Assembly: GCA_028534125.1 (NCBI GenBank)
Contig: CM052818.1
Location: 36,768,001 to 36,832,000 of the forward strand
Source: Lama glama
Taxonomy: Eukaryota
Direction of reading: 5' to 3'
Length of the DNA: 64,000 bases
The notes under the pieces: model-generated
Databases searched by the model: none
Seen by the model: the letters and a program-made list of their open reading frames with translations, nothing else
What the model was told of the DNA's origin: nothing
Program-made: the position numbers and the translations under genes
In this document: one piece after another, positions 48,650-62,628 of the stretch
Layout: each line of letters starts with the position of its first letter
How positions within the stretch are numbered: the stretch's first letter is position 1

Positions 48650-51600
48650 TCAGTGAAAGATCTCAAGAAAATATAAATTTTCACACAGTGAGCATGCTCT
48701 GGCAAAGATAGAGAACATTGCTCACACTCCCGAGGCCTCCTCTACCCTCTTCCCAGTCATTACCTCCATCAAGTAATCAACATCTGTCTTTGATGCCATG
48801 TAAATGGAATTGCATAGTGTGTACTTTTTTGTATCTTTTTTCACTCAACATTAGTGTGTGAAATTCATCCATGTTGTTGCCTGTATATAGCAGGAGTTCA
48901 GCTTTTACATTGCTGTGTATCATGTGCCATGTATGACTGTACTGTGATAAGGTTAGCTTTCCTACTGTTGATGGACATTTGGGTAACTTCTAGTTTTTAT
49001 CTGTTAGAAATCGTGTCTTTATGAACATTCCTTACACATATTTCTATGCACCGAGGTAAGCATTTTTGTTGGAGTAGAATTGCCGAATCATGGGAACACC
49101 ATGTTCAGCTTTAGTAGATAGGATAATTAAGACTTTCTAATTCTTCTTGTGTCAGTGTTTTCAGGTCATGGTTTTTAAAAAAGAATTTGTCTATTTCACC
49201 TAAATTGTCGGATTTATTGTTATAACATCTTCTCATTGCCCCTTTGATGTTTGTAAGAATTCTAATGCTGGCACTTAAAAAAATCATTAATATTAGTTTG
49301 TTCCTTCCTTTTTCTTGAGCAGTCTTTGTAGGGATTTTAATTAGTCTTTTCAAAGGACCAGTTTTTGGCTTGGTTGATATTTCTCTGTGTTACAGTTTTT
49401 TATTTCATTTTTCTCCTATTTTTATTATTTATTTCCTTCTAGTTTATTTGCCTTGAATTTGATGTTCTTTTCTAACTCCTTGAAGTCACTGATTTTCTGT
49501 TATTCTTTTTTTCTAAAATATACATTTAAGTAAGGGTATATATTTTTCTTTTAAACTTAATTTAAGCTCTGTGCTACAAGTTTTTAACATGTTCGTTTTC
49601 CATTATTATTCAGTTGAGAATATTTCCTAATTTCCATGCAAATTTCTAAGTTCTGATTTGTTTTTTGAATCACTGGTTATTTAGAAGTGTTATTTAGTAA
49701 TTTTCAAACACTTGAGGATTTTAAAAGTGCTTCATATTGATTTCTAGGATTTTTCCATTCTGGTAAGAGGATATACTCTGTTGAATTTCAGCCTTTTGCG
49801 ATTTTTTGAAATCTGCCTTGTGACTAGACTATGGTTTATATTGTTAAATGTCCCGTGCACACTTGAAAAGAATGTAATTCTGCTGTTACTGAGTTCAGGG
49901 TTCTATATATGCCGACAGGGTCAAGTTTGTTTATCCTGTTGTTTAAGTCTTCTTTATCTTTACTGATTTATTGTCTGATTGCTCTGTTAGTGGCTGAAAG
50001 ATGTATTTGAAATCTTCAACGGTAATACTGGATTTATTTGTTTTTCCTTTTGGTTCTGTCAGTTTTTGCTTAGCATGTTTTAGGTTTTGTTTTTAGGTGC
50101 ATACAAGTTTCAGATTTTTAAATAATATTCCTGCTGAATTGAATTTTTTCCATTATGAAATGCTCCACTTTATCTCTGAGAATACTTCTTGCCTTAAAGT
50201 CTTGCTTTGCTTGGTATCAGTGTGGCTAAACAGCCGCCCCTTTTATTTGGTTAGTATTTTCAGGGCATATTGTTTTATACCCTTTTATGTTTTATACCCT
50301 TAGTGTGTCTCTCTGTTGTAAGCAACACAGAGTTGAGTCTTGGTGTTTTCTATTGTATTTCCAGTCTGATAACCTTTTAATTTTGATTGGATTATGAAGT
50401 CTACCTACATTTAACAAATTCCTGATTTTTTGGTTTGAATTCTATCATCTTATTATTTGTTTTATATTTGGTCCACCTGCTTTTTGTTCTCTTTTCTTCT
50501 TCTTCTTCATTTTAATAAAGAGATTTTTGTTATTCTATTTCCTCCCTTTATTAGATTTTGTTATAAACTCTTCTATTATCTGTTTAGTGTTACCCTAGGG
50601 CAGGAGTTGGAGTTCTTTTTCTGTAAAGAGACAGACAGTACATATTTTAGGTGTTGAGGGCCACATACATTCTCTGACTCCTTCCCCTTCACCCACCTCC
50701 TCCCACCCGCCCTGTTCCTCTCCCTTGTCCTCCTTTTCCTTTTCCTTCTTCAACGATGTTTTAAAAATGCAAAATAATTCTTAGCTCCTAAGCTGTGCAA
50801 AATAGGCTGTGGGACGGATTGGACATGGATGATAGTTTGCCAAACTCTGCTAGAGGTTTACCAGGTACCTTCACAGAATCTACTTTTCAGTTAATAATTT
50901 TACTACTTCCTGGACAATACGTGGACCTTGCAACACTTTAATTCCATTTACAAAACTTTCTTCTTTTTGTGCTATTTTGATCGTGTATTTTACTTCTCCA
51001 TATATTTGAAACCCCACAATACATTATTATTTTCACTGTTTTAAATAGTCACTACTCATTTTGGTTTACTCTTAAATAGACCATTTCTGGTGCTCCCCAT
51101 TGCATTCTGCATTACTATTCAGCCAACTGGAATCATTTTGTCTGAATAACTTCCTTTAGTGTTTCTTTTAGAGTGTATGTCTATTGACAATACATTTTCT
51201 TAATTTTTATTTGCCTGACATTTTCATCTTAATTTTTTAGAGTATTTCTACTGGATATAGGAGTCTGGATTAGCAGGTCTTTTCCCTCTCTCTGCATTTT
51301 AGCTTTGTCATTATATTGTCTTCTGGCTTCTGTTGTTTGTGCTAAGTGTTGTTTGTTCTTATTATTGCTCCTAATGTATCCTTTATTCCTCTTCTAGCAA
51401 TTTTAAGATTTTTCTTTTTGTCTTTTGTTTTTTCAAGGTTTACTATGATGTGCCTTTGTATAGTTTTCTTTGTTTTTATGTGTCAAATTCCACAGTAGTT
51501 ATTTTTCACTCTCTCTCCCTTTTTTTTCCCTTTATTTTTCTCTCTGTTCTGTTTCTTTTTGTGTATGTATGTGTGCATGTGTTTAATCTTTTTTTTCCAT

Positions 51601-52740
51601 GCTTCGGTTTGGTTATTTTTCTATTTTTCTGTGGACTTATTTTCCAATTTACTAATTCTCTTTTCTGCTGTGTCTAATCTGCTCTTAAACCTATCTATAC
51701 CCTATTTATTGAATCTTGAATTTTTGTTACCATATTTTTCAGTTCTGGAATTTGTATCTTTTTTTCTATCTTTTCATGTATTTGTTTGAACATAATTAAT
51801 CCTAGGTTGATAAATTCTTTGATAATTGCAGTATCTGGGTCCCCTGAATGTATCTTTCTAAGGTCTTTGGCTTTTTTATAACTTGGTTTTATTCCCTGTC
51901 TCCTAGAATGCTGGGTAATTTTTTTGCTAAATATTGAATATTGTGAATGAAAAACTGTCAAGGCTCTGCATAATGTTACCTTCGTTTAGAGAGGATTTTA
52001 TTTTTTTCTCTAGGAGGCAGTTAAAGAATGGGCAAATCACCTTCGTCCTGTCAGAAACAGATATTTTAAGGCTGAATTTTAGGCTTTGTGAGGGCTGGTG
52101 TCTGTCTGGCTTGTCATTTCCCTTCGTGTGTAATCCTTCAGCTGTCTCAATGAAAATCTAGGTTATTTGCCAAAATTTGCCCTCCTTGATGGGCCCTGAA
52201 CTTCAATATTTTTTTCTTTCTAACACTTTGAGACTGCTCAAACTCTCATGGTTTCCCAGGCTTTTAGAAGCTGTTTATAGCTTAGTTTCTCGGACTCCTG
52301 CCTATCACATGGAAAGCTAAGGAATGAGAAAGTTCCTTGAGAGGAATTCATATTCAGGATCCTGGCTCATTTCTGTTCGGGCCCTTTCTCCAGGATCAGT
52401 GTTCCCTATGTTCTGGCTTTCTTGGTAGCTTTGAATTCCAATTTTTGTCTTCTCAGACCAGCAAGGCTGCTGTGGTTCTAGACAGATATTCCTTCTCTGT
52501 CTCAGTGATGTCCTTTGAGAACTGATAAATGCCCTGAAGGGAAAACATGAGGGACCTTTAGGGTTTACTCACTGCGTTTCCCTTTTCTCCAGAATCTTGG
52601 CCCCTAAAGTCCTGGCTGCTTTTGTTCCTCTCCTATGACTCCAAACAGCTGTTTTCTGCAATATATTTAGCTTTTATAGTTGCTCTCAGCAGGATGGTTA
52701 ACCTGATACAAGCCACTCTGTCAAAGGCAGAAGCCAATGT
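48650..52740 (-). mobile_element. Old L1M block(s): 3' UTR piece (~48650-49120) joined to more 5' L1 sequence
   Basis: Long T-rich tract with L1 hallmarks (aaattcatccatgttgttgc, gttgatggacatttggg, tgcacacttgaaaagaatgta). No intact ORF. Confidence 0.8.
50601..50849. mobile_element. MER58-like hAT-Charlie MITE inside the L1
   Basis: cagg...tttttctgtaaagagacagacagtacatattttagg...tagtttgccaaactctg, flanked by ctag-containing target sequence. Confidence 0.75.
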
Positions 52741-53076
52741 CTCCAGATATTTATTTTTAAAAGTGGTTTCCAGGACATGTCCTGAGGCCATTGCACATAT
52801 TTAGCTCTGTCTCCTGCATTTTTTTGAGGCATCTCCAACTGAGGGCTGGCAAGATCTTTCGGCATCTTCAACATTATTGATAATATATTATTAAGCTCTG
52901 TTTAATATAATTTCTAAATATTAAATATTTTGTAAGTATTTTGAAATTGAGATTAAAGTGCCAAGCATGATCATTCTCAATCAGATCGCTCAGTTTAGCA
53001 TAACACACACTGATTCTCTATGAAATAAAGTTTACCATCTTTCACTTTAAATTGTGAGGCATTCCATTTCAGACCT

Positions 53077-53124
53077 CACACACGTGTACACACACACACA
53101 CACACACATACACACACACACATA
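53077..53124. repeat. (CA)n microsatellite
   Basis: Read directly. Confidence 0.95.
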
Positions 53125-53779
53125 TCATGCCTCTTTCTGCCCCTCTGGGAACCCTGACCTGAGCTGATATTCTGACTCCGCTATTACACTGTAATATGAC
53201 TGTGGTTAAGCCCTCTTTCAACCCCTGGCCCTTAGTTTCCTCATTTGGAATATGAGTTTTAGGTGGGAAGTGGGATAGGACCAGGCAAGTGCCCAGGGTC
53301 CTCCCAGCTCTGATGCTCAATCTGTCTTCTATGCTTTGATGTGGGGAATCCTTGGTGGAGCAATCAGATACTTAGACTACTCTGAGCAATGAGTCCTCAC
53401 TCAGACTGCAGAACTCACTCCCCTAAGTCAGCCAGTCTCGTGGCTGTGGGCCAGTCCTCTCTGGGGCATAGGGACTGAATGGCCCAGGCTGGGTCTATGT
53501 TCCTGACGGGCAGGCACCCTGGGCAGTGGGCCTCCCAAGGAACCGCACCCTGTGTGAATGACAGGAGAGAAAACATCTCATGCTGCCCCTAGTCCCCCAA
53601 ACCTGCATCATTCAACCATCTTGGCCAGGAATTTCAAATCTACAGGTGGTTGCCTCTCAAACGTGTCCAAAATGTCCCCTTCCTGTTCATTCTGAATATG
53701 CTGTCTTGTAAAAAATGTCTGAGAAAGATTGACCCCTCCTTTGCCCAGTTATAAATTTAAAATCTTTGCTTTAGAATTA

Positions 53780-54296
53780 GTCCCTGAGCTCCATCTGAGC
53801 CTGTTCCCTCTCTTCCCCTGCTCAGCTCTGGACCACGGCTGGTACAGACATGTGCTGCCTGCTCTTCCATGCTCCTGGTCAGCAGGCTCCTAGTTGGATT
53901 TGGCCAGTGAGAAGCACTGGAGGGAAACCGAGGGCAAGAAGAAGGGAGAAGCCAGCTTATTTCTGTCCTTTTCTCTTTGCCTTGGGTTGACTGAGTCCTT
54001 GGCAGAATCTGTACAATCCATGGTCTTAGCTCCTCATGGATGCGCTCCCTGCGGTTTTCAGCCTCTCCTGGGTAACCCCAGCTCCCTGCTCAGGTAACTC
54101 TGTGGCTTTTCTTTGTCCCTTCAGCTGAAGGTTGGTCATAGTTTCCTGCTGTGCTCATCTCTAGGGTACCTCACCATCCCCTGTCATCTTCCCAGCCTTT
54201 TTTCTCACGTGGAAAACCAATAAGCATCATTAAATCCCCTGTATATGAATACTCGGAGGACTTGCTGCTTTCTTGTTTAGATTCCAACCAGCTGAG
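53780..54296 (+). mobile_element. LTR33/LTR41-like ERVL solo LTR
   Basis: gttggatttggccagtgagaagcactggagggaaa...cccttcagctgaaggttggtcatagtttcctgctgt...tacctcaccatcccctgt...attaaa. Confidence 0.65.
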
Positions 54297-54404
54297 TTGC
54301 TAAAAACTGTACTTCAAGCATTGTTTTCTTTCATGAGTATCTAATCTAAGCACCACTGAAGCACATTCATCCTCATTTCCTTTATCACCTCCTAAGGTAG
54401 ACAG

Positions 54405-54560
54405 AACTCATTCATTCATTCCTTCAATAAAATATTTAGTGATTACTCAACATCCTGGCCAAGGACTGTGCTCAGGGACACAGCAGTGAACAAAACAGGC
54501 AACGTCCCTGGTCTTGTAGCACTCACAGCTTTGTGGGCAAGACAGCCTCAAATTCTTAGA
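54405..54560 (-). mobile_element. L2 3' end
   Basis: tcattcattcattccttcaataaaatattta...ggacacagcagtgaacaaaacagg. Confidence 0.8.
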
Positions 54561-55350
54561 ATCAAGTGTGTTGAGAATGAGACATAGAGATTAGGACATG
54601 AACAGAATTGGGCTCAGGCCTCAGCCCTGTGACTTACTGCAGGCTGTACAAACACAGGCAAAGGACTTTGCCTCCTTATGCTTTAGTTTCCCCTTCTTTA
54701 AAAAAGCACTTAGTTACTCGATTTGCAACCACTTTACATGTCCAGGGAGGATACTGATGCTGCTAACTTCATAGGATTGATCATGATTAAATGAGTTGCT
54801 AGAGACAGAGGTCCAGGAAACAAACTCACATCAAAGGTTTATTTTTAAAAGCAGCTTCTGGGGAGCACACATTCAACACTGCTGAGTGTCAGGTCAGACA
54901 GGCGAGGTGAGGCTGGAGATGTGACAAGAAGGGGTGAAGTCTAGACAGTGCTGGGAGGAGCACCCAGTCACAAGGTTGGAATTACGCCCATGGCGATTTC
55001 TGCTGGGAGCCAATCTATAGCCACACCGGTCTGCGTGCAAGTGGGAGCAAGAGCCTTTCTCTCTCCTCTGTTTGGCCAAGATGTCAGTCCCCCTGGGAAG
55101 GACTCACTGACATCTAGTCTGGCCTGGTCTCCCTGGACTTTTCTTGTCATTGTTGTGGTCGTGGCCATCAGCATCACCATCATCTTCATCTTCGTTGTCA
55201 TCACATCATCACTAATGTTTATTGAATGGAGGATCTGCCATGCTCCAGACGTTGAGCTGTGGCTTCTCATGGTAGTCTGGGTTAATTCCAGTCCTTTTAT
55301 TTTTCCTCATCATTAAGACTGAATGGTTCCCAGAGTGGGGAGGGAGGAGT

Positions 55351-55352
<2 letters not shown>

Positions 55353-55388
<36 letters not shown>
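55353..55388. repeat. (GT)n microsatellite
   Basis: Read directly. Confidence 0.95.
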
Positions 55389-55392
<4 letters not shown>

Positions 55393-58300
55393 CTGCATGT
55401 GCCACAATAATTTAAATTTGATGCAGGACATTTCAAATCATCAAAGATTCAAAGTTAAGCTATGCTGAATATGATTTCAGATTTAATCGTGTTGCAAGTT
55501 TTTGAAAATTAAGATTCCACACAGGTTGGAGGGACACAGGCACTGGCTGCAGAGGGTTCAAAGACCTGGATTTGTTGCTTGTTCTTCGTTCTTATCCTCA
55601 AGGCTGCGTGTGGTCAGTCTTGCAGTGGGTCCCTGCAGCTCTGGACCCATTTTCTTGCTGCCCTCTTGTCTCCCCTGCTAGACCACAGTCTGGGTCCTCC
55701 TTGTGGTTCTCTCATCTCCTTAGATTCAGATTTAAGTGAATCATTTATTTACATTTTAATCACAATTTTTAATCATCCTACATAACAGCGTTCTAATAGC
55801 ATTAAATAATTGCAAAATCTAATAAAAACCAGTCTTAACCTCATTGGAATCTCATTAAGAATAGGGATGCTCTTTTCGCTAAATTGTTGGAAGATTGTTT
55901 TGTCTGGTTTTGTTTTGTTTGCACTGCCCAGGAGAGCTGGGGCAGAAATGGAGTCAAAAGATGTGGGTTCACACACTGAAAAATTTTAGAATCCACCTTT
56001 GTAAGTTTACAGATGAAGAATCTGAAGTCTGAAGAAAGGAGGGGACTTTTCCAAAGTCACACATGAAACTTGTGGCCACTATGAACCAAAACTCAGGCCT
56101 CCTGCCCCTTAGTCTAGTATCTCCCCCACAGGATCTGGGCCTTGGGCTCAGGCATCAGTTTGTGGATTTTGATGAGTGTATCATCAGCTGAGCAACCACT
56201 AGGTATCAGCCAAGCCCTGCTTCACCCAACAAGTCTGGAATCGCAGGATGGACACCAGCAGGTTTGAAAGATGCAGAAGAAACAGGCCTTGCCCTCTGGA
56301 AAACTGGACTGCCTCCAGGGATGAGGTTTACAGGATGAGGTTTACATGCAGATGATGAGATACAGTCTCATTAAGTACTTGCTCTGGTCACAGTGCTCAC
56401 CCAGGCTTTTTCATGTCAGCCCAAGGGTGGCAGTTCTTCCAGTCTGTTCGGTGCAGGCCGGTACTGACAAAGGCTTCCCGTGGCCTTGGCACTGAGACAG
56501 CCCCGAACTCCTTGTCCACTCTAACGAACAACATCTCCCTCAAAAGGACTCATTTGGTAGGACTGGGGAAGTCACAGGCTGGAGGGAGAGAAGGGAACGA
56601 GGCTCAGGCAGGAAGCCGTTTTATGATTCATCAACGCACAAATGCTGGCATCTCTCTCTCTTGGAAAAAAAAAACCCCACCGCTAATATTAATAATTATG
56701 CCAGCTTTTGTACAGCACTTTGCAGTTGACAACGTGCTTTTGAATCCATTATCTCGTCTCAGCGTGTCTGTGGGAGAGTGGGGAAGTGGGAGAGCGCTCA
56801 GGGCTGGCGTCTTTGGGGAATTAGCAGCCTTTGTTTCCCTCGGAGTCCAGCCCGGGCAGGTGGGTGGGTGTGGTCGCAGTGGCTGAGCCGGTGCTGAAGT
56901 TATTCTTGCTGTGGCTGTGCCATCTAGGACGGCCCTCTGAGTTGCTGTTTTCCCAGGAAAACCTTAGCAAGTCTGTCCAGACCAGAGTCTGGAGTGGGTC
57001 CGGTTGTCCTGCCTGGAACTTCATTTCTCCTCGAGCCGAGTGCTTGGCTAGTGCTGGACATCCTCCCTGGCCCTTGCAGGCCACTCTGAGAAGGGCTGGG
57101 CTCTGTCCTTGTGCCTGGAGCTGTGGGTAGAGTCGTCCTTTAACACAGCTAGGACCCCACTGGGACAAAGGTGCTGCCCTGATGGACTTTGCCAAGTGCC
57201 ACAGTCCTGAGATTCCTGCTGCCACATGTGCCCATTCACGACAGGCCCTTTAGACCCTGACAGGGGTGGAGGGGCTGAAATGTAACTGGCAAGTATCAGT
57301 ATGTTCAGGAAAATGAGCATTAAAATTTTTTTTCCAGAAATGGGGAATTCATCTTGCTTTCTTGCTGCTAGCAGGAGAGAAACCAAGAATAATAAAACCC
57401 ACAAATACCACCACCACCACCACCACCACTAAAAACAGTCCCTAGCCTTGACAATGAAGGTAGCGTTATTTCTTTTAGTTTAAGGAGTGCCCCTCTTGCT
57501 GCTCCAGTAAGTAAATCAATTAAAATGCGTCTTGTCCTTCAGGTTTGTGAAGCCCCTCAAGTGGGCTCTGCTCCTCTTACTCCTCCTCCCGCTTTCCAGG
57601 GAGGATGCCTGGGTTCAGGACAAGTTCTTGTCTCCTGGTTTGGATGGGCTGGCCTGGTCCATGCAGGGGCCCCTGGCTGACCTGCTTGCCCACTTGTCCT
57701 GGGGCAGCCTCTGGCCTCACCAGCTCCACCCCTGCAGTGTCCACTGCTGGGGGCGGGGTCGGGGGTCGGGAGCTCGTAGTCTGTGTTCTTGACCGTTGAC
57801 CCTGGTCCTGATGCAGCAGTCCCAGGACAACAGGAGATGAGGAGGGAGTGCCATCCTGGGCCAGCTAGACATTCAGCCACTTCAACGTACCACCCTGTGT
57901 GGTGGTGGACCGCTTGCCCAAGGGATGGGTTTTCTGCAGACACTCTGATTTTCCTGAGACATGCCCTGGGAGGTCAGGAGTAAGCTGCCGTGTGCTGGGG
58001 TTTCCCTGCAAACTTGTCTGGCGACCCTACCAGTTTCTCTTTTACCCCCAGAGATTTCAACCACTAGAGAGAGCCATTAATGCACGTCTGACCTTTTCAA
58101 CATACTTTTCTCTCCGTGGGCTCCACCACTAGCCACGAAGGATGTTCTACTTCATTTTTCTGGTGGTTGGGGCATCTTTGTGTCACACCTTGCTTCTATG
58201 ACCTTCTTTGAAGCCTTCTTCCACTTTCACTGGGCAACAAGCTTTATCATCTAGCCTGGCAGAAAGGATGCAAGGAAAAGAAAAAAACCTGGACCCATGA

Positions 58301-60047
58301 AATTACATTGGGAGTCATTTCCAAAAAACCGTGGCACTTTATAACATCAACGTCACCAGGGATTGACGAGCCCCTTGGACCCCGTGAATCAGTCACCCTC
58401 TTTGGATCAGGTTCCTACAGCCCAGCCCTGCCCGGCCTGGTCCACTCCCCTTTTCATGTGGCCTCAGAGTGACCCACAGGCACTTTGTCACCCTCAGCTT
58501 TCCTTCTGGACCCAGCCTACTTAAAAGAGAATTATTTGCCCAAAATTGGGCTGGTAAGTACTCCAAATAGAATTTAGGCAAGTGGATAAAATTCCACGTG
58601 CACTATCTTAATTTCTGAGTCTCTCTTTATGTGCACTCAAACCAGGAATCCTGAAAGTTCACCCTTCAGATATGCTTTTAAATAAAATAACACGTTTTTG
58701 TTAATTTGGAGACAAACCTTTCACTAAACAGATAGAGCCAGAGGTGGTCTGCACCCTGCAATTTATGCACCCCTTATGATCTTTGAAAATAAAGATGAAT
58801 AGCAGGCAGTAAATCCCACGGCTTTATGAGGACCCGTTGTCCTGCGGAACTGGAGTGAGGAGAGGGGGCTTGTACTTTATTTTGGGATAGAACTGTGCAC
58901 TTTGTTGACCTTCTTTCTCTTTTCCCCCAAATATCTATATGGTTCAAAGCTTGGCCAAGGCACATGTTCTGATAAATTGCGTTACAGTATTAAGCTGGCT
59001 TGTCCGTGTGTTTGCAGTGAATGTGGAATCAGGACAGAGTTTGGTTGGACTTGCTGTGAGGCTTCTGGTGGGATCACAGAGTGGTCAGAGGTGCATACAA
59101 ATCTCAAGACAGGTGAGATCCCACCTGAGGACAGAGAGCCCACCTTACTCCAGCTGGCTCTTCCTCCGGGGGCTCACCTCATGGCTCTGCTGTTGGGTTC
59201 CTGCCCTTCCCCTCTGTTTCCTACCTACACTGGCCTCCCTGCTGCCCCCAGACACATCCTACCTTCCAGCTTTGGACTTGTGCTCAGGCCCTCCCCCTGC
59301 TGGTGGTGCACCCTCTGCCCTCTCTCTGAGTCCTCCAGGACCCTCCCAGCTCACGGTCTCCTCTGCTTTGTGCTCCCCAAACAGCCTTGGCATAGCCCTG
59401 TCTTCCCACAGGCTCCCACAACTTCGAGTCCTGAGTTATTTGGCCTTAAGTGCACGCAGACCGGCTTTGCTGTGAACTTGGCACGTGCCCTTTGTTTTTT
59501 CTGGGACTAGGATTGGGTTTTCCTCTCTTTTGTTCTGGTGTCATCTACCTTGGGTCTTGGTCCATCGCCATGATCAGTAACTGATGACTGGGTGATGGAT
59601 GACATCTGTCTTTTCCTCCTGACTCCAGTTTTTTTATATCTGAATTACCCTTAACATTCAGAAATGATTGGGACAAAGCTACATCCGAACAAAAATCTTG
59701 CTAATTCCTCCTCCCCTAACTTCGACTGTGTCTGCCGCCCACACTCCCCCGATGGCTGGGGCCCTGTGGCTGAGAGAAGAGGCTGAGTCACCCCATTCAT
59801 AAACAGCACAAGTTGGAGTTGTCTTTGCCTCTGGAATGGGATTCTTGAGAAGCCTTTTATTTTCACCCAGCTTTTCCTGTAAATCATGAAAACAACGTGA
59901 TTGTGTCTCAGAAATACAGAAATGTACCAGCTTTTCTCAATGGACCCAGAACAAATTTTTTAGTGAAGGCTGATTTTTAGAAAAATAAAACTTGGGAATT
60001 TTTCTGTAGATTTTTATTGGATAAAACAAAGCTCTTCTATCAGTGGA

Positions 60048-60096
60048 GTGATAATGATGATGGTGATGATGATGATGATTGTGTGTGTGTGTGTGT
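60048..60096. repeat. (GAT)n adjacent to (GT)n microsatellite
   Basis: Read directly. Confidence 0.85.
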
Positions 60097-60599
60097 TTGT
60101 GGCGGGGTGGGTATGTGGGTGGTCACAACTGGCTGGGCTTCTTCCTTCCCATTTGTGCCTGAGTGTGGACACACGGAGCTTCAGTTTCTTGTTTTCTTAA
60201 AACCTGAGACTGTCATCCCAGTCTTGGTGCCGGTTGGTAATGGCTGTGTTGTAACAACATTCCTACCTCGGTGATGATTTATTGACATGCAATCCAGCTC
60301 CTTGATAGGAGCACGTTTCCCCGCTTTGGGGGTGAGCCCACTTGCTGTCCCGAGTCTGGCCGGCTGCCCCAGTCTCCATTGCTCTCACCTGGTCAGGGGG
60401 CTGCGCATGGTTGGCTTGTGTATCTGCGTATGCACACTGAGAAACCAACCTGTGATTGACTGGAGGAAAAGTTGCTCAATCAAACTTCCATTTACATGAG
60501 ACCAAATGGCTAGAATCATGTGTGAATTTTTTTCCCCTTCTAAACTGACAGAGTTGACTTATTGTTTTGGCACCTGGGAAACACAAGTATAGAGAAAAG

Positions 60600-61600
60600 C
60601 TTCAAAAGCTTCAAAGCTCTCCCCAGGTGAGCTCATCCATACCCATGCCTTGAAATGTCACCTCTATCCTGACAGTCCCTAATTTGCATCTCTAGGAAGG
60701 CCTCAGGCTCAGGGCTCCAGGCTCCTATCCAATTGCTGGCTTGACCTTTCCAGGTGGGGGTTACACAAGCATCTTAAACTAACCTAGTCTCTCACAGAAC
60801 TCTTGATGTTTCTCCAAACCCATTTCTTTTCTCCTCTTTCCCACCTCAGTAGATGGCACTGTCATTTACTGAGTTCCACAAACCAAAATCTTGGAGCACA
60901 TGTGATGTATCCCCCTTCCTTTGCCTTCTCTTCAATGTGGCTCTTGTCGCCTTGTCCGTGACAGGCATCCCTGCCTGGACCACCCTAGAGCCTCCCAGCA
61001 GGGCTTCCTGCCCCTTCTCTTGCTCTTCAGTTCATCCTCCACACAGCAATCTTTTCGGAACCTAAATTGGATTGCATCACTCCCCTTTCCAAAACTTTAC
61101 ACTGAATCCAGCTGCACAGAAAATAAAATCCAAACTCCTTATCTTGACTTGTAAGGCCCTTCCTGACCTGCCCCTGGGGATCTCTGCAGCCCTGTCTGGT
61201 GCCTCTTCCCCTGTCCCTGCATTCCAGCTGCAATGGCTTCCCCCTGTTCCCGGACCACACCAGCCTCTTTTCCTCCCCAGAGCTCTTGCTGTTCCCTCTG
61301 CAGGAAACACTGTCTCCCTCTGACCACGTGTCCGGTGCCTTCTTAAGTTTGCCCCTGAAAACCACATCTTTAGGGAGGTCTCTCCTGACCTCTCAGGTGA
61401 GTATATTCTCTGCCCGCTTTGCTGTTCTCCATCTCTGCTCCTCTCTTAGTTTTATTCCCAGAACTTCACCTTTTGTAATTACTTAGTTGCCTACTTGTCT
61501 AGTTTCCTTCCTGGGGCTGTGAGTTCTGGGAGGGGCAGTGCAGTATCTGCCTTGTTCACCTGGACCCACAGTATTCAACTATAACAAGTATTTGTTGAAG
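60600..61600 (+). mobile_element. L2 LINE 3' portion
   Basis: ggtgagctcatccatacccatg...aataaaatccaaactccttatcttgacttgtaaggcccttcctgacctgccc...ctgccttgttcacc...aagtatttgttgaa. Confidence 0.85.
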
Positions 61601-62179
61601 AAACACTGAAGACCTGCAGAATAGAGCTAGGAATACCACACAGGTTCTACCCCGCTGGGTTAAAAGAGGTGTTGGGTATGCAAGTGCTGGGCAAACCAGA
61701 TAGTGGTATCCGTGTTGTCAGTGGTTAACTGAGTACCTGGGGAGAAGCCAGTGTTGGGGGCAATAAGGCTCCAAGCTTGACTGAAACCCTGAGAGCAGCT
61801 CTGCTCTCCTAATTCTTGGAGAAGAGTGAATTAGAGAGCTGTTTCCAGCCCAACAGTGATGCCAGTGGAACAACTATATAATGCACATTTCTTCATGCCT
61901 CTCTTTTTGCCTTTGGTGTTAAAAAGCTTAAAGCTAAATTGGGACTCAATTATCATGCAAAAATTAGCTCAAATTTTTTTTGTTAAAAACAGACAATGTT
62001 TTGTGAAAGTACCTAGCACCCTGCCTGACACACAGAGAAAGCTCAAAATTAAGCAGTAATATGTGAATAGTCTTGGATTTGATTGTGTCTTTGCCATTTT
62101 TAGAGTAAATGACCTCATATCCTCTTTGGAGGCAGGGAAAACATCAAGTGTTTTTTTTTTATTATTGTAAAAATAAAAT

Positions 62180-62628
62180 GATTCCTATTAGCCCAAAGTG
62201 GAAACAGCCGAAATGTCCATCACTGATAAGTGGATAAATAAAATATATATAGTCATCCCATTGAATATTATTAGGCAATAAAAAGAAATGGAGTATGGAC
62301 ACATGCTATGACATTGATGGACCTTGAGAGCACTAGGCCAAGTGCAAGAAGCCAGTCACTCAAGACCACATATTATTTGATTCCATTCGTATGAAATGTC
62401 CACAATGGGCACATCGGTAGAGACAGAAAGTAGACTGGTGGTTGCCTAGGGCTGGGGGACTTGGGGGAAATGAGGCATGTTTGTGAGTGGGTGTGGAGTT
62501 TCTATTTGGGGTCATGAAAATGGTGATGGTGATGAATGTACAACTCTTTGAATATAGTAAAAATCATTGAATTGCACTTTAAACGGGTGAATTGTATGGT
62601 ATGTGAATTATACTTCAATAAATCTGTT
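62180..62628 (+). mobile_element. L1MB-type 3' UTR
   Basis: gtggaaacagccgaaatgtccatcactgataagtggataaa...gtagagacagaaagtagactggtggttgcctagggctgggg...tacttcaataaa. Confidence 0.88.

Noticed and set aside
56319..56346. 14-bp tandem duplication (ggatgaggtttaca x2), and similar short ones near 15842 and 19851
   Set aside because: Ordinary slippage duplications with no further structure.
58902..59510. 202-aa and 178-aa overlapping plus-strand ORFs
   Set aside because: Non-ATG starts in pyrimidine-rich, probably L2-derived sequence. No domain.
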